A DNA stretch of 64,000 nucleotides from an uncultured virus (IMG/VR IMGVR_UViG_3300037508_001334) (IMGVR_UViG_3300037508_001334), one strand, 5' to 3'. Positions 31,258 through 41,236 are shown, numbered from the stretch's first letter. Notes: generated by a model from the letters alone, not told the origin. Translations and numbers: made by a program.

Positions 31258-32103
31258 ATGGCGCAACCATCTACTAGACAAGAATTGATTGATTATTGTA
31301 AAAGAAAATTGGGAGCTCCAGTTTTAGAAATTAACGTTGCAGATGAACAAATTGAGGATTTGGTCGATGATGCTATTCAATTTTTTCAAGAAAGACATTT
31401 TGATGGAGTATATCCAACTTTTTATAAGTATAAATTAACACAGTTTGATATAGACAGAGGAAGGTCTAGGGGTGGAGATTCTGCAGTTGGACTTTCTACT
31501 ATATCGGTTACAGCAAATATAGTCGGAACTGCAACTACATTTAAATATGAAGAAAATAGTAATTATTTACAAGTTCCACCAAATATTATAGGAGTAAATA
31601 AAATTTTCCATTTTGATGGATCAAATTCAATTACTCATAATATGTTTAGTGTTAAATATCAATTATTTTTAAATGATATCTATTACTGGGGAGCAACAGA
31701 ATTATTAAGCTATGCAATGGTTAAAACATATCTTGAAGACCTTGATTTTTTATTGACAACACAAAAGCAAATTAGATTTAACAAAAGGCAAGATAGACTT
31801 TACTTGGATATAGATTGGGGATCAGTAAAATCTGGGCAATATATTATTATTGATTGTTACAGCACTCTTGACCCAAATGATTATTCGAAAGTTTGGAATG
31901 ATTCGTTTTTAAAACCATATTTAACCTCATTAATTAAACGTCAATGGGGGCAAAATATGATGAAATTTACTGGGGTTAAACTTCCTGGTGGAGTAGAACT
32001 TAATGGTAGACAAATGTATGATGATGCGCAGAGAGAAATTGATATTTTAATGGAAAAAATGTCAAATACTTATGAACTTCCACCTTTTGATATGATAGGA
32101 TGA
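31258..32103 (+). CDS. gp13: Neck protein gp13
   Basis: P.TRQELIDYC.RKLGAPVLEINV, KRQWGQN..KF.GVKLPGGV.LNG. Confidence 0.95.
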   Translation: MAQPSTRQELIDYCKRKLGAPVLEINVADEQIEDLVDDAIQFFQERHFDGVYPTFYKYKLTQFDIDRGRSRGGDSAVGLSTISVTANIVGTATTFKYEENSNYLQVPPNIIGVNKIFHFDGSNSITHNMFSVKYQLFLNDIYYWGATELLSYAMVKTYLEDLDFLLTTQKQIRFNKRQDRLYLDIDWGSVKSGQYIIIDCYSTLDPNDYSKVWNDSFLKPYLTSLIKRQWGQNMMKFTGVKLPGGVELNGRQMYDDAQREIDILMEKMSNTYELPPFDMIG

Positions 32104-32107
32104 TAAG

Positions 32108-33523
32108 ATGCTCAATCCATTTTTTTTACAAGGATCCAAGGGGGAACAGGGATTAATACAGGATTTAATCAATGAACAACTTCGTATGTATGGAGTTGAA
32201 ATTTATTATTTGCCAAGAAAATATTTAACAGAAAAAAAAGTTCTAAGAGAAGTTATAGAATCTGCATTTGACGATGCATATCCATTAGAAGCTTATATTG
32301 AAAATTATGAGGGATATGGAGACAACACAACTATACTTTCAAAATTTGGTATTCAGGCATTAAATGAATTGTCTATTACAATATCCAAAGAAAGATTTGA
32401 GACTTATATTTCACCATTAATCAAAGGAAAACCAAATATTAAATTATCAACGAGACCTAAAGAAGGAGATTTAATATATTTTCCTTTAGGGGATAGATTA
32501 TTTGAAGTAAAATTCGTAGAACACGAACAACCATTTTATCAATTACAAAAAACTTATGTATATACATTAAAATGCGAACTCTTTAGATATGAAGATGAAG
32601 TTATTGATACCGGTATTGAAGAAATAGATGATACAAATGTTGGTGGAGGAGTTACTGATAGTGGTATTGGTGGTGGTATTGCAGTTACTCAAATTCTTAC
32701 GATGGTTGGTTTTGGATCAACAGCATCTGCAACAACCACACTGTTAAATGGTGGAGTTAGATATATTACAGTAACAAATAGAGGTGGTGGGTATTCAAGT
32801 ACTCCAAATGTAGCAATATCTTCTGCGCCATATGGAGGATTAACGGCAAAGGCCATTGCATCTATGATTAGTGGTATAGTAGTATGCAATGATAACGTAA
32901 ATCCGCAAAATAAATCGGTTCAAAGTGTCCTTTTAACTAATCCTGGATATGGATATACTATAACTCCAGGAGTAAAGTTTATTGGTGGAGGTGGATCTGG
33001 TGCGAATGCAACAGCAACTATAGGAACTGGAATTATAGGACCTATTGTAGTTACTAATGCTGGATCTGGATATACATATGCTCCAACTATAACATTTGTT
33101 GGAATTGCTTCAGTTTCTGCTGCAGCAACTGCAATTGTAAGTGCTGCAGGATCAATTACTGCAATTAGAATAACTAATGCCGGACTAGGATATACTCAAG
33201 CACCATCAATAACAATATCATCACCATCGTTTGTTGGAATTGGAACTTATCAATATAATGAAATAATTACAGGAAGTATTAGTGGAGTCACTGCAAGAGT
33301 AAGATCTTGGAATTCTGTTACAAGTACTTTAGAAATTTCAAACGAAACTGGATCCTTCATAAGAGGAGAAAATATTGTAGGGTCTGCTTCTTCCGCATCA
33401 TATGTTTTATCATCAATAGGTGATTATTTTATTGAAAATGCATATGCTGATAATTTAGATATAGAACTTGAGGCAGACGGAATAGTAGATTTTACAGAAT
33501 CAAATCCTTTTGGAATGCCATAA
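32108..33523 (+). CDS. gp14: Neck protein gp14 (with inserted GxGY repeats)
   Basis: EQ.LIQDLINEQL.MYG, RPKEGDLIYFP, EHEQPFYQL, DFTESNPFG. Confidence 0.93.
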   Translation: MLNPFFLQGSKGEQGLIQDLINEQLRMYGVEIYYLPRKYLTEKKVLREVIESAFDDAYPLEAYIENYEGYGDNTTILSKFGIQALNELSITISKERFETYISPLIKGKPNIKLSTRPKEGDLIYFPLGDRLFEVKFVEHEQPFYQLQKTYVYTLKCELFRYEDEVIDTGIEEIDDTNVGGGVTDSGIGGGIAVTQILTMVGFGSTASATTTLLNGGVRYITVTNRGGGYSSTPNVAISSAPYGGLTAKAIASMISGIVVCNDNVNPQNKSVQSVLLTNPGYGYTITPGVKFIGGGGSGANATATIGTGIIGPIVVTNAGSGYTYAPTITFVGIASVSAAATAIVSAAGSITAIRITNAGLGYTQAPSITISSPSFVGIGTYQYNEIITGSISGVTARVRSWNSVTSTLEISNETGSFIRGENIVGSASSASYVLSSIGDYFIENAYADNLDIELEADGIVDFTESNPFGMP

Positions 33524-33526
33524 ATA
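33519..33526 (+). promoter_or_regulatory. Late promoter for gp15
   Basis: CATAAATA overlapping the gp14 stop; a second GTAAATA at 33541. Confidence 0.6.
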
Positions 33527-33568
33527 TAATTTATATTTGAGTAAATAGTACTGTACGGAACTACTAAA

Positions 33569-34570
33569 ATGTTTGAGTATTTTTATAACGAAATTTTAAG
33601 AAAAACAGTCATATCTTTCGGATCTCTGTTTAATAACATATCAATCAAACATACCAACAATTCAAATGAAGTCATTGATGTTATAAAAGTTCCATTAGCT
33701 TATGGTCCAACTCAGAAATTTTTAGCAAGACTTGAGCAATCTCCAGATTTAAACAAACCAGTTCAAATTACATTACCAAGAATGTCTTTTGAATTTACTG
33801 GATTGACTTATGATGCTTCAAGAAAGGTAACTACAACTCAATCATTTACTGTAAAGTCATCAACAGATGGATCTGTAGTTAAGAAAACTTATATGCCAGT
33901 TCCATACAATTTACAATTTGAATTGGCAATTATGGCAAAATTAAACGATGATGCTTTACAGATAGTTGAACAAATTTTACCATATTTTCAACCGTCTTAT
34001 ACTTTAACCATTGAACTTGTTGATGGAATTAATGAAAAAAGAGATATTCCTATAATTTTAGAAAATGTAACCTTTCAAGATGATTATGAAGGAAATTTTA
34101 CAACTAGAAGAGTATTGATTTATACTTTAAGGTTTACCGCAAAAACGTATCTTTTTGGTCCAACTCAAACAGCAACAAAAGATATTATCAAAAAATCTAC
34201 GATCAGTTATATATCTGGAGATTCAACAACTACGCCAATCAGAGAAGTTATATATTCATCCGATGTACGTGCAATTAAAAATTATACGGGAATAGTCTTA
34301 ACAAATCTCGCAAAAGATGTTACAACTGAAGATATTTTATTTGAAGTAAATGATGCTTCTACTATATCTGCAGACACATATTTGGATATTGAAGGTGAGG
34401 AAATTTATGTCAAATTAAAAACTGGAAATGTTCTTACTGTGGATAGGGGAAGAGATAACACAACAATTACATCGCATTTATCTGGAGCCGAAATAAAATC
34501 TATTACTACTACTGATAATACTTTAGTTGAATCCGGAGATGATTTTGGATTTGACGGTCAAACCGTATAA
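33569..34570 (+). CDS. gp15: Tail sheath stabiliser / terminator gp15
   Basis: YFYNEILRK..FG.LFN, VPLAYGP.QKFLARL, LPRMSFE, EQILPYFQP. Confidence 0.95.
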   Translation: MFEYFYNEILRKTVISFGSLFNNISIKHTNNSNEVIDVIKVPLAYGPTQKFLARLEQSPDLNKPVQITLPRMSFEFTGLTYDASRKVTTTQSFTVKSSTDGSVVKKTYMPVPYNLQFELAIMAKLNDDALQIVEQILPYFQPSYTLTIELVDGINEKRDIPIILENVTFQDDYEGNFTTRRVLIYTLRFTAKTYLFGPTQTATKDIIKKSTISYISGDSTTTPIREVIYSSDVRAIKNYTGIVLTNLAKDVTTEDILFEVNDASTISADTYLDIEGEEIYVKLKTGNVLTVDRGRDNTTITSHLSGAEIKSITTTDNTLVESGDDFGFDGQTV

Positions 34571-34574
34571 AAAG

Positions 34575-35015
34575 ATGGCAAAAAAATTTGATAAACTAAA
34601 TGACACGTTTAATGTTTCGGGTAAAATAATTTCTGCAAGCTCTGTAGAAAGTTCATTAGAATCTGAAATAGATAAAGTTTCATCCCCAATTAATGATATA
34701 AAAAAAGATTATGAATATACTAGAGGAAATTTATATTCATTGATTGAAAAAGGTCAAGAAGCAATCAATGGAATTTTAGAACTTGCACAAGAAAGTGAAA
34801 TGCCAAGGGCATATGAAGTTGCTGGACAATTAATAAAAAGTGTAGCAGATGCAACAGACAAATTGATGGACCTTCAGAAAAAATTAAAAGATATTGAAGA
34901 AGAAAAAATAAGTAAAGGTCCAACCACCGTCAATAATGCACTTTTTGTTGGATCAACTGCAGATTTGGCAAAATTTTTAAAACAACAATCTCAAGGAAAT
35001 GATGAAAACATTTAG
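34575..35015 (+). CDS. gp16: Terminase small subunit gp16
   Basis: DYEYTRGNLY, PRAYEVAGQLIK, NNALFVGSTADL; start reassigned to the ATG at 34575. Confidence 0.92.
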   Translation: MAKKFDKLNDTFNVSGKIISASSVESSLESEIDKVSSPINDIKKDYEYTRGNLYSLIEKGQEAINGILELAQESEMPRAYEVAGQLIKSVADATDKLMDLQKKLKDIEEEKISKGPTTVNNALFVGSTADLAKFLKQQSQGNDENI

Positions 35016-35136
35016 ACAGTTTCAAGAAGAGTGGAGTAATAAATATAAAAAGAGTATTAATTGCTCAAATCCAAAAGGATTTTCTCAACGTGCTTATTGT
35101 GCGGGAAGAAAAAGAGCAAAAAGTGAAAAAAATTAA
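35002..35136 (+). CDS. 44-aa putative internal head peptide (not in ORF track)
   Basis: AAGGA RBS; MKTFRQFQEE-WSNKYKKSINCSNPKGFSQRAYCAGRKRAKSEKN; N-terminus resembles the T4 capsid targeting sequence. Confidence 0.7.
   Translation: MKTFRQFQEEWSNKYKKSINCSNPKGFSQRAYCAGRKRAKSEKN
35038..35045 (+). promoter_or_regulatory. Possible late promoter inside the 44-aa ORF
   Basis: AATAAATA upstream of the 630-aa gene and gp17. Confidence 0.45.
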
Positions 35137-35153
35137 ATTAACCCTAATGAATA

Positions 35154-37046
35154 ATGCCCAACCAAATCAAGACACATAAAACAGTTGAACAAATTGCAAA
35201 AAAGCATCGTCTTGAGGTTGCTTTTATACAAAAGCAACTTGAAATGGGTGAACCAATTGAGCACGAGCATACTCAAGATCACGATTTAGCAAAAAACATT
35301 GCTCTTCAACATCTGGATGAAATTCCTGATTATTACACTCGTTTGAAAAAGATGGAAGCAGATGCTAAAAAACATCATAAAAAATTTAAAGATGTTACTG
35401 AAGAAGGTCTTAGAGATTGGTTTGGAAAATCTAAATCAAAAGATGGAAAATCTGGATGGGTCAATGTTGTGACTGGTGGAACTTGTGCAAGTGATGAACC
35501 AAGAGAAGGAACTCCCAAATGTGTTTCTTCTACAAAAAGAGCAAGTATGAGTCCTGCGGAACGGCGTTCGGCAGCAAGAAGAAAAAAGGCAGCAGATCCA
35601 GAACAACAACAAAAAACAGATGCTGCAAAACCAACATATGTTTCTACAGATAAACCTAAAAAGAAAATGAACGAAGAAACGGACAAAAAAGGTAAAGGTA
35701 GTGGCAAAAAAGATGCTTGCTACCATAAAGTAAAGTCTAGATATGATGTTTGGCCAAGTGCATATGCTTCTGGAGCACTGGTTAAATGCCGTAAGGTTGG
35801 TGCTGCAAATTGGGGAACGAAATCAGAATCAACTATGAACGAAGAAGAAAGATATTGTCCTTTATGCGATAAAAGAGAAACAAGATCTGATTGTTCTTAT
35901 GGTGGAAAAGCATGGGATAAAGTTTCTATAAAAGATCACGAATATTCAATGGTTCGTTCTGAACTTGAAACATTGATGAATGCTGCACAAAGACTTAAGG
36001 CAAAAGTTGAAAATGGTGAGGGCAGTTTAGAAGCATGGGTTCAATCCAAAATTACCAAAGCAGCAGATTATATTGATACTGCAGCAGATTATGTCGCAAG
36101 TGGAGAAATGGAGGAATCTGTAAGTCATACAATCAATCCCTCTGCACACAAAACTGCCCAAAAAAGAGAAAAAATTAGAAATATTGCAGTTAAAGGATCA
36201 ACTGGTGGAGAGAGATCTGTTGCATCTTCAAAATTAGGAGCAACTGCAGAACTACCAACGATTAAAAAAGAAGAAAAACTGGTTAGTAAAATTAAAAATG
36301 AAATTCTTGATGAAAAGTGTTGGCCAGGATATAAGAAAAAAGGAATGAAGACGATGTTTGGTAAAAAATATCCAAACTGTGTTAAAGCAGAGGAAAGTAT
36401 TACTATCGAAGATGCTAATGGAAATACTTTTGCTGAAGTTGTAGATTTAATTAAACCGGAACCAATCAAAGGATTTAAATGCCAAATTGATGAAGTAACA
36501 CGTCTCCAATCACAGTCAGGAAATATTATTGCAATTACTTTACTTTGGAGAGGAAAATATTACGGTATTAGAATGTTTTTTCCACAAATAAAAACTCCAT
36601 CTCGTCAAGAAGTGAATGACGAAATTCAAAAAGTATATCCTGGGGCAAAGGTAGTATTTCACACAATTTCAGAATTTACTCCTGGACAACCTTTGATTCA
36701 AGCAGGATTTCAAGGAGGAAGTTCCGGAAAACTTGGTTTTAATAAAAACTATGTAAAACCTATGGGAGAAGAAGTTGAGATTAATGAAGATTGGCAAAGA
36801 GTCAATCGTCAAGATAAAACGGATGGTTTAAGTCCTGCTGCGGTTAAGGCATATCGTCGTGAAAATCCCGGATCAAAACTCCAAACTGCAGTAACCGAAA
36901 AGAACCCAACAGGAAAAAGAGCAAATCGTCGTAAATCATTTTGTAAACGTATGTCTGGAATGAAGTCCAAGTTAACTTCCACTAAAACTGCAAGAGATCC
37001 AGATTCAAGAATTAATAAAGCACTTCGTCGTTGGAATTGTAACTGA
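35154..37046 (+). CDS. Modular basic protein, putative protease-processed internal head polyprotein (630 aa)
   Basis: Lys/Arg-rich Cys-paired modules separated by VTE, MNE, MNE, MEE, LDE, IDE and INE sites; lies between gp16 and gp17. Confidence 0.7.
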   Translation: MPNQIKTHKTVEQIAKKHRLEVAFIQKQLEMGEPIEHEHTQDHDLAKNIALQHLDEIPDYYTRLKKMEADAKKHHKKFKDVTEEGLRDWFGKSKSKDGKSGWVNVVTGGTCASDEPREGTPKCVSSTKRASMSPAERRSAARRKKAADPEQQQKTDAAKPTYVSTDKPKKKMNEETDKKGKGSGKKDACYHKVKSRYDVWPSAYASGALVKCRKVGAANWGTKSESTMNEEERYCPLCDKRETRSDCSYGGKAWDKVSIKDHEYSMVRSELETLMNAAQRLKAKVENGEGSLEAWVQSKITKAADYIDTAADYVASGEMEESVSHTINPSAHKTAQKREKIRNIAVKGSTGGERSVASSKLGATAELPTIKKEEKLVSKIKNEILDEKCWPGYKKKGMKTMFGKKYPNCVKAEESITIEDANGNTFAEVVDLIKPEPIKGFKCQIDEVTRLQSQSGNIIAITLLWRGKYYGIRMFFPQIKTPSRQEVNDEIQKVYPGAKVVFHTISEFTPGQPLIQAGFQGGSSGKLGFNKNYVKPMGEEVEINEDWQRVNRQDKTDGLSPAAVKAYRRENPGSKLQTAVTEKNPTGKRANRRKSFCKRMSGMKSKLTSTKTARDPDSRINKALRRWNCN

Positions 37047-37061
37047 TAGGTAGGATTTATT

Positions 37062-38705
37062 ATGAGTGATGTATATTTAGGTAATCCTCTTTTAAAGAAA
37101 GCAAATACTCCTATTGAATTTACACAAGAACAAATTATTGAATTTTTAAAGTGTAAAGATGATCCAGTATATTTTGCAAAAAATTATGTAAAAATTGTAA
37201 CTCTCGATAAGGGATTGCAACCATTTCAAATGTATCCCTTTCAAGAGAAATTAGTTAACAATTTCCATAATCATAGATTTAATATATGCAAGATGCCAAG
37301 ACAGACTGGAAAGTCTACAACCGTGGTGTCATTTCTTCTACATTATGCAGTATTCAATGATAATGTAAATATCGGTATTCTTGCTAACAAAGCCGCCACC
37401 GCAAGAGAACTTTTAGATCGTTTGCAAACTGCATATGAAAACCTACCAAAATGGATGCAACAGGGAATCATTTCTTGGAATAAGGGATCATTGGAATTGG
37501 AGAATGGAAGTAAAATCTTGGCTGCTTCTACTTCTGCTTCTGCGGTTCGTGGTATGTCTTTCAATATCCTCTTTTTGGACGAATTTGCGTTTGTTCCAAA
37601 TCACATCGCAGATTCATTTTTTGCGTCGGTTTATCCTACAATTACTTCAGGTAAAAGTACAAAAGTAATTATTGTTTCTACCCCACACGGTATGAACCAT
37701 TTTTACCGAATGTGGCATGATGCAGAAAAAGGTAAAAATGAATATTTATTTACAGATGTTCATTGGAGTGAAGTTCCAGGAAGAGATGAGGCATGGAAAG
37801 CACAAACTATTGCAAACACTTCTGAACAACAATTTAAAGTTGAGTTTGAATGTGAATTTTTAGGATCTGTTGACACTTTAATTGCACCATCCAAACTAAG
37901 AAACCTTGTATACGATGCTCCTAAGACTCGCAGTGCTGGTCTAGATGTTTATGAAGATCCAATAGAAGAACATGATTATCTCATCACTGTAGATGTTGCT
38001 AGGGGTGTTGGAAATGACTATTCAGCTTTTACTGTGATTGATATAACACAGTTTCCACATAAAGTTGTAGGAAAATATAGAAATAATGAAATCAAACCTA
38101 TGCTTTTTCCGAGTATTATTGAGGAGATTGGAAAAAATTATAATGAAGCATATATCTTATGCGAAGTTAATGATGTTGGAGATCAAGTAGCTAGTATCCT
38201 TCAATACGATTTAGAATATAAAAATCTTCTCATGTGTTCTATGAGAGGAAGAGCAGGACAAATTGTAGGGCAAGGATTTTCTGGAAAGAAAACTCAACTT
38301 GGAGTAAAAATGTCCAAGACGGTTAAAAAAGTTGGGTGCTTCAACCTTAAGACAATGATTGAGGAAGATAAGCTATATTTAAACGACTATGAGATAATAT
38401 CCGAACTTACGACATTTATTCAAAAGCATAATTCATTTGAAGCTGAAGAAGGTTGTAATGATGATCTTGCAATGTGCTTAGTAATTTATGCATGGTTGGT
38501 TGCACAAGACTATTTTAAAGAGCTTACTGACCAAGATGTTAGAAAAAGATTATATGAAGAACAAAAAAATCAAATTGAACAAGATATGGCACCATTTGGA
38601 TTCGTTTCTGATGGTATTGGTGAAAACAGTTTTGTTGATCAAGATGGAGATAGATGGTTTTTAGATGAATATGGGGATCGTTCTTATATGTGGGAATATA
38701 TGTAA
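37062..38705 (+). CDS. gp17: Terminase large subunit gp17
   Basis: YLGNP.LK, PRQTGKST (Walker A), LFLDEFAF (Walker B), VDVARG and DDLAM nuclease motifs. Confidence 0.97.
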   Translation: MSDVYLGNPLLKKANTPIEFTQEQIIEFLKCKDDPVYFAKNYVKIVTLDKGLQPFQMYPFQEKLVNNFHNHRFNICKMPRQTGKSTTVVSFLLHYAVFNDNVNIGILANKAATARELLDRLQTAYENLPKWMQQGIISWNKGSLELENGSKILAASTSASAVRGMSFNILFLDEFAFVPNHIADSFFASVYPTITSGKSTKVIIVSTPHGMNHFYRMWHDAEKGKNEYLFTDVHWSEVPGRDEAWKAQTIANTSEQQFKVEFECEFLGSVDTLIAPSKLRNLVYDAPKTRSAGLDVYEDPIEEHDYLITVDVARGVGNDYSAFTVIDITQFPHKVVGKYRNNEIKPMLFPSIIEEIGKNYNEAYILCEVNDVGDQVASILQYDLEYKNLLMCSMRGRAGQIVGQGFSGKKTQLGVKMSKTVKKVGCFNLKTMIEEDKLYLNDYEIISELTTFIQKHNSFEAEEGCNDDLAMCLVIYAWLVAQDYFKELTDQDVRKRLYEEQKNQIEQDMAPFGFVSDGIGENSFVDQDGDRWFLDEYGDRSYMWEYM

Positions 38706-38706
38706 A

Positions 38707-38937
38707 ATGGAATTAGATAAACAAATAAAATTAGGACATTTATTATTAGTAGATAGAAAATGTAGAGTATGCAATGAAATAAAAAATTTAATAGATGGAT
38801 TTTATCAAACACGTAAAGATAAGGGCAACGTATCATCATCATATTCTTATGAATGTAAAGAATGTACAATAAAAAGAATCATAAATTCTAAAAAAAATAA
38901 TAAATTTATATGTAAATGGGAGTATCCTGACTGGTAA
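38707..38937 (+). CDS. Small zinc-finger protein (76 aa)
   Basis: CRVC...FY...YSYECKEC; ends WEYPDW; ATG at 38707. Confidence 0.7.
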   Translation: MELDKQIKLGHLLLVDRKCRVCNEIKNLIDGFYQTRKDKGNVSSSYSYECKECTIKRIINSKKNNKFICKWEYPDW

Positions 38938-38977
38938 TTAATTCACGTCACATTTCCCCAGTGTAAAGTATATTTTT

Positions 38978-38985
38978 AATAAATA
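38978..38985 (+). promoter_or_regulatory. Late promoter for gp18
   Basis: AATAAATA 35 nt upstream of the ATG; GGAG RBS. Confidence 0.75.
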
Positions 38986-39020
38986 TTTTTTAGATAAACT
39001 GAGATTTAACGGAGAAAAAC

Positions 39021-41204
39021 ATGGCGACTCCTCAATTATCTCCTGGAGTATTAGTCAGAGAGGTTGATTTAACGGTAGGAAGAGCTGATAATGTTTTAGA
39101 TAACATTGGTGCAATTGCAGGACCTTTTCCAATTGGACCTGTTGATCATCCAATTGACATAACAACAGAACAAGATTTAATTAATGTATTTGGTAAACCA
39201 ATTTCAACTGATTCGCAATATGAATATTGGATGAGTGCTTCATCATATCTTTCATATGGTGGTGTTTTAAAGGTTGTAAGAACTGGTGGATCAACCTTAA
39301 ACAATGCCAATGCTGGAGTTTCAGTTGCTTCAACAACAAGTTTAAAAATTGACAATTACGATGATTATTTAAATAATCACTCAGAAGGTACAAATTATAC
39401 ATACTCAGCAAAGAACCCAGGAAGTTGGGCAAATGGATTAAAAGTTTGTTTTATTGATGATTTAGCAGATCAAACATTGGGGATTACCACAACCAGTCTC
39501 GTTGCTCTTGGAGTAACAGTTGGATATGGAGTTACGGTTTCTCTTTCCAATCAAGTAATTGCAGGATCTGGAAGTACTTCCCTGTTTACTGGATACCTGA
39601 AAGGTATTATCACTGGAGTAACAACAGATTCAACAAACGGAAACAGTACAGTTGATGTAAAGATTTTTTCAAGAGTTTCCAGTACAGGAACTGAAACTCC
39701 AATTACTTATGCAGAAGGTTCTACTACTGCTGCATTTGCTGCATCAAGTACAATTAACTTTATTAACAATTCGGGAGCTCAATCTGGATCTGCAACCGTT
39801 GCTTCTATTTCTGATTGGTATGATAACCAAACTCTTGGTTTAACCAATACAACAATTTATTGGAAATCCATAGCACCAAAACCAGTTTCTAATAGATATG
39901 TTCTTGATAGAAACGGCAAAAATGACGGATTGCATATAGTTGTCGTTGATGATCTTGGAACTATTACAGGAAATCAAGGAACGCTTATTGAAAAACATAT
40001 AGGTCTTTCAAAAGCATTTGATTCAATTTCTGCAGTTAATTCTCCACAAAAAATTTGGTACAAACAGTATCTTGCTGATTTTTCTGCGCAAATTTACGCA
40101 GGTAATAATCCATCAAGTTCTGCAGATTCTTATTGGAACACTGCACCAAGAGCAACTGGATTTTCCGCGGCATTTACTGCGGTTACAACTGCAGATGGAC
40201 TTTGGGGACAAAATGCTCAAGGAATAACTTATAGTGCAATTGGTAATAAGACTTATGCATTAGGTGGTGGTGTTGATTATTCTGCCTCTGGTGGAATGAA
40301 AGCAACTTTAGGGGACTTGATTACATCATACGAATTATTCTCAAATAAAGATGAAATTCAAGTTGATTATTTAATTATGGGTCCAGGATTAGATTCGGAA
40401 TCAGATTCTCAAGCAAAGGCAAATTATCTTATCTCTACGGCAGGAAATAGACAAGATTGTATTGCTTGCATTGGTCCTCATAGAGCAAATTTAATTGGAA
40501 TTACAAATACTACTACACAAACTAATAACTTAATCAAGTATTTCAGTCCACTTTCATCTTCTTCATATGCAGTATTTGATAGTGGATATAAGTATACTTA
40601 TGATAGATTTAATAATAAGTTTGTTTACATTCCTTGCAATGCTGATATTGCTGGTTTAATGACAAGAACGAATATTATTTCATATCCTTGGTTCTCTCCA
40701 GCAGGTCAACAACGTGGAATTCTTAATAATGCAATTAAACTTGCATATAATCCAAACAAAGCACAAAGAGACCAACTATATCCACTGAGAATTAATTCAA
40801 TTGTAACTCAACCTGGTGTTGGAACTCTTCTTTTTGGAGATAAAACTGCTCTCACCTATGCATCTGCGTTTGATAGAATCAATGTTCGTCGTTTGTTCCT
40901 TACAATTGAACAGGCACTTCAAAGAGCTGCTCAGGCACAACTCTTTGAATTGAACGATGAACTTACAAGAGCAAACTTTAAGAACATTGTTGAACCTTAC
41001 CTCCGTGATGTTCAGGCAAAGAGAGGACTTTATGGATTCTTAGTTGTTTGTGATACATCAAACAATACTCCTGATGTGATTGATAATAATGAATTTAGAG
41101 CAGACATTTATCTGAAGCCTGCTAAGTCTATTAATTATGTAACACTTACTTTTGTTGCTACCCGCACTGGCATATCTTTTGAAGAAGTAGCCGGTACAGT
41201 TTGA
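39021..41204 (+). CDS. gp18: Tail sheath protein gp18
   Basis: SPGVLVREVDLT, PWFSPAG..RG, FDRINVRRLF, KPAKSINYV.L.F. Confidence 0.97.
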   Translation: MATPQLSPGVLVREVDLTVGRADNVLDNIGAIAGPFPIGPVDHPIDITTEQDLINVFGKPISTDSQYEYWMSASSYLSYGGVLKVVRTGGSTLNNANAGVSVASTTSLKIDNYDDYLNNHSEGTNYTYSAKNPGSWANGLKVCFIDDLADQTLGITTTSLVALGVTVGYGVTVSLSNQVIAGSGSTSLFTGYLKGIITGVTTDSTNGNSTVDVKIFSRVSSTGTETPITYAEGSTTAAFAASSTINFINNSGAQSGSATVASISDWYDNQTLGLTNTTIYWKSIAPKPVSNRYVLDRNGKNDGLHIVVVDDLGTITGNQGTLIEKHIGLSKAFDSISAVNSPQKIWYKQYLADFSAQIYAGNNPSSSADSYWNTAPRATGFSAAFTAVTTADGLWGQNAQGITYSAIGNKTYALGGGVDYSASGGMKATLGDLITSYELFSNKDEIQVDYLIMGPGLDSESDSQAKANYLISTAGNRQDCIACIGPHRANLIGITNTTTQTNNLIKYFSPLSSSSYAVFDSGYKYTYDRFNNKFVYIPCNADIAGLMTRTNIISYPWFSPAGQQRGILNNAIKLAYNPNKAQRDQLYPLRINSIVTQPGVGTLLFGDKTALTYASAFDRINVRRLFLTIEQALQRAAQAQLFELNDELTRANFKNIVEPYLRDVQAKRGLYGFLVVCDTSNNTPDVIDNNEFRADIYLKPAKSINYVTLTFVATRTGISFEEVAGTV

Positions 41205-41236
41205 TTTAATTAAAACACAACAAGGAGGATCTAAAA

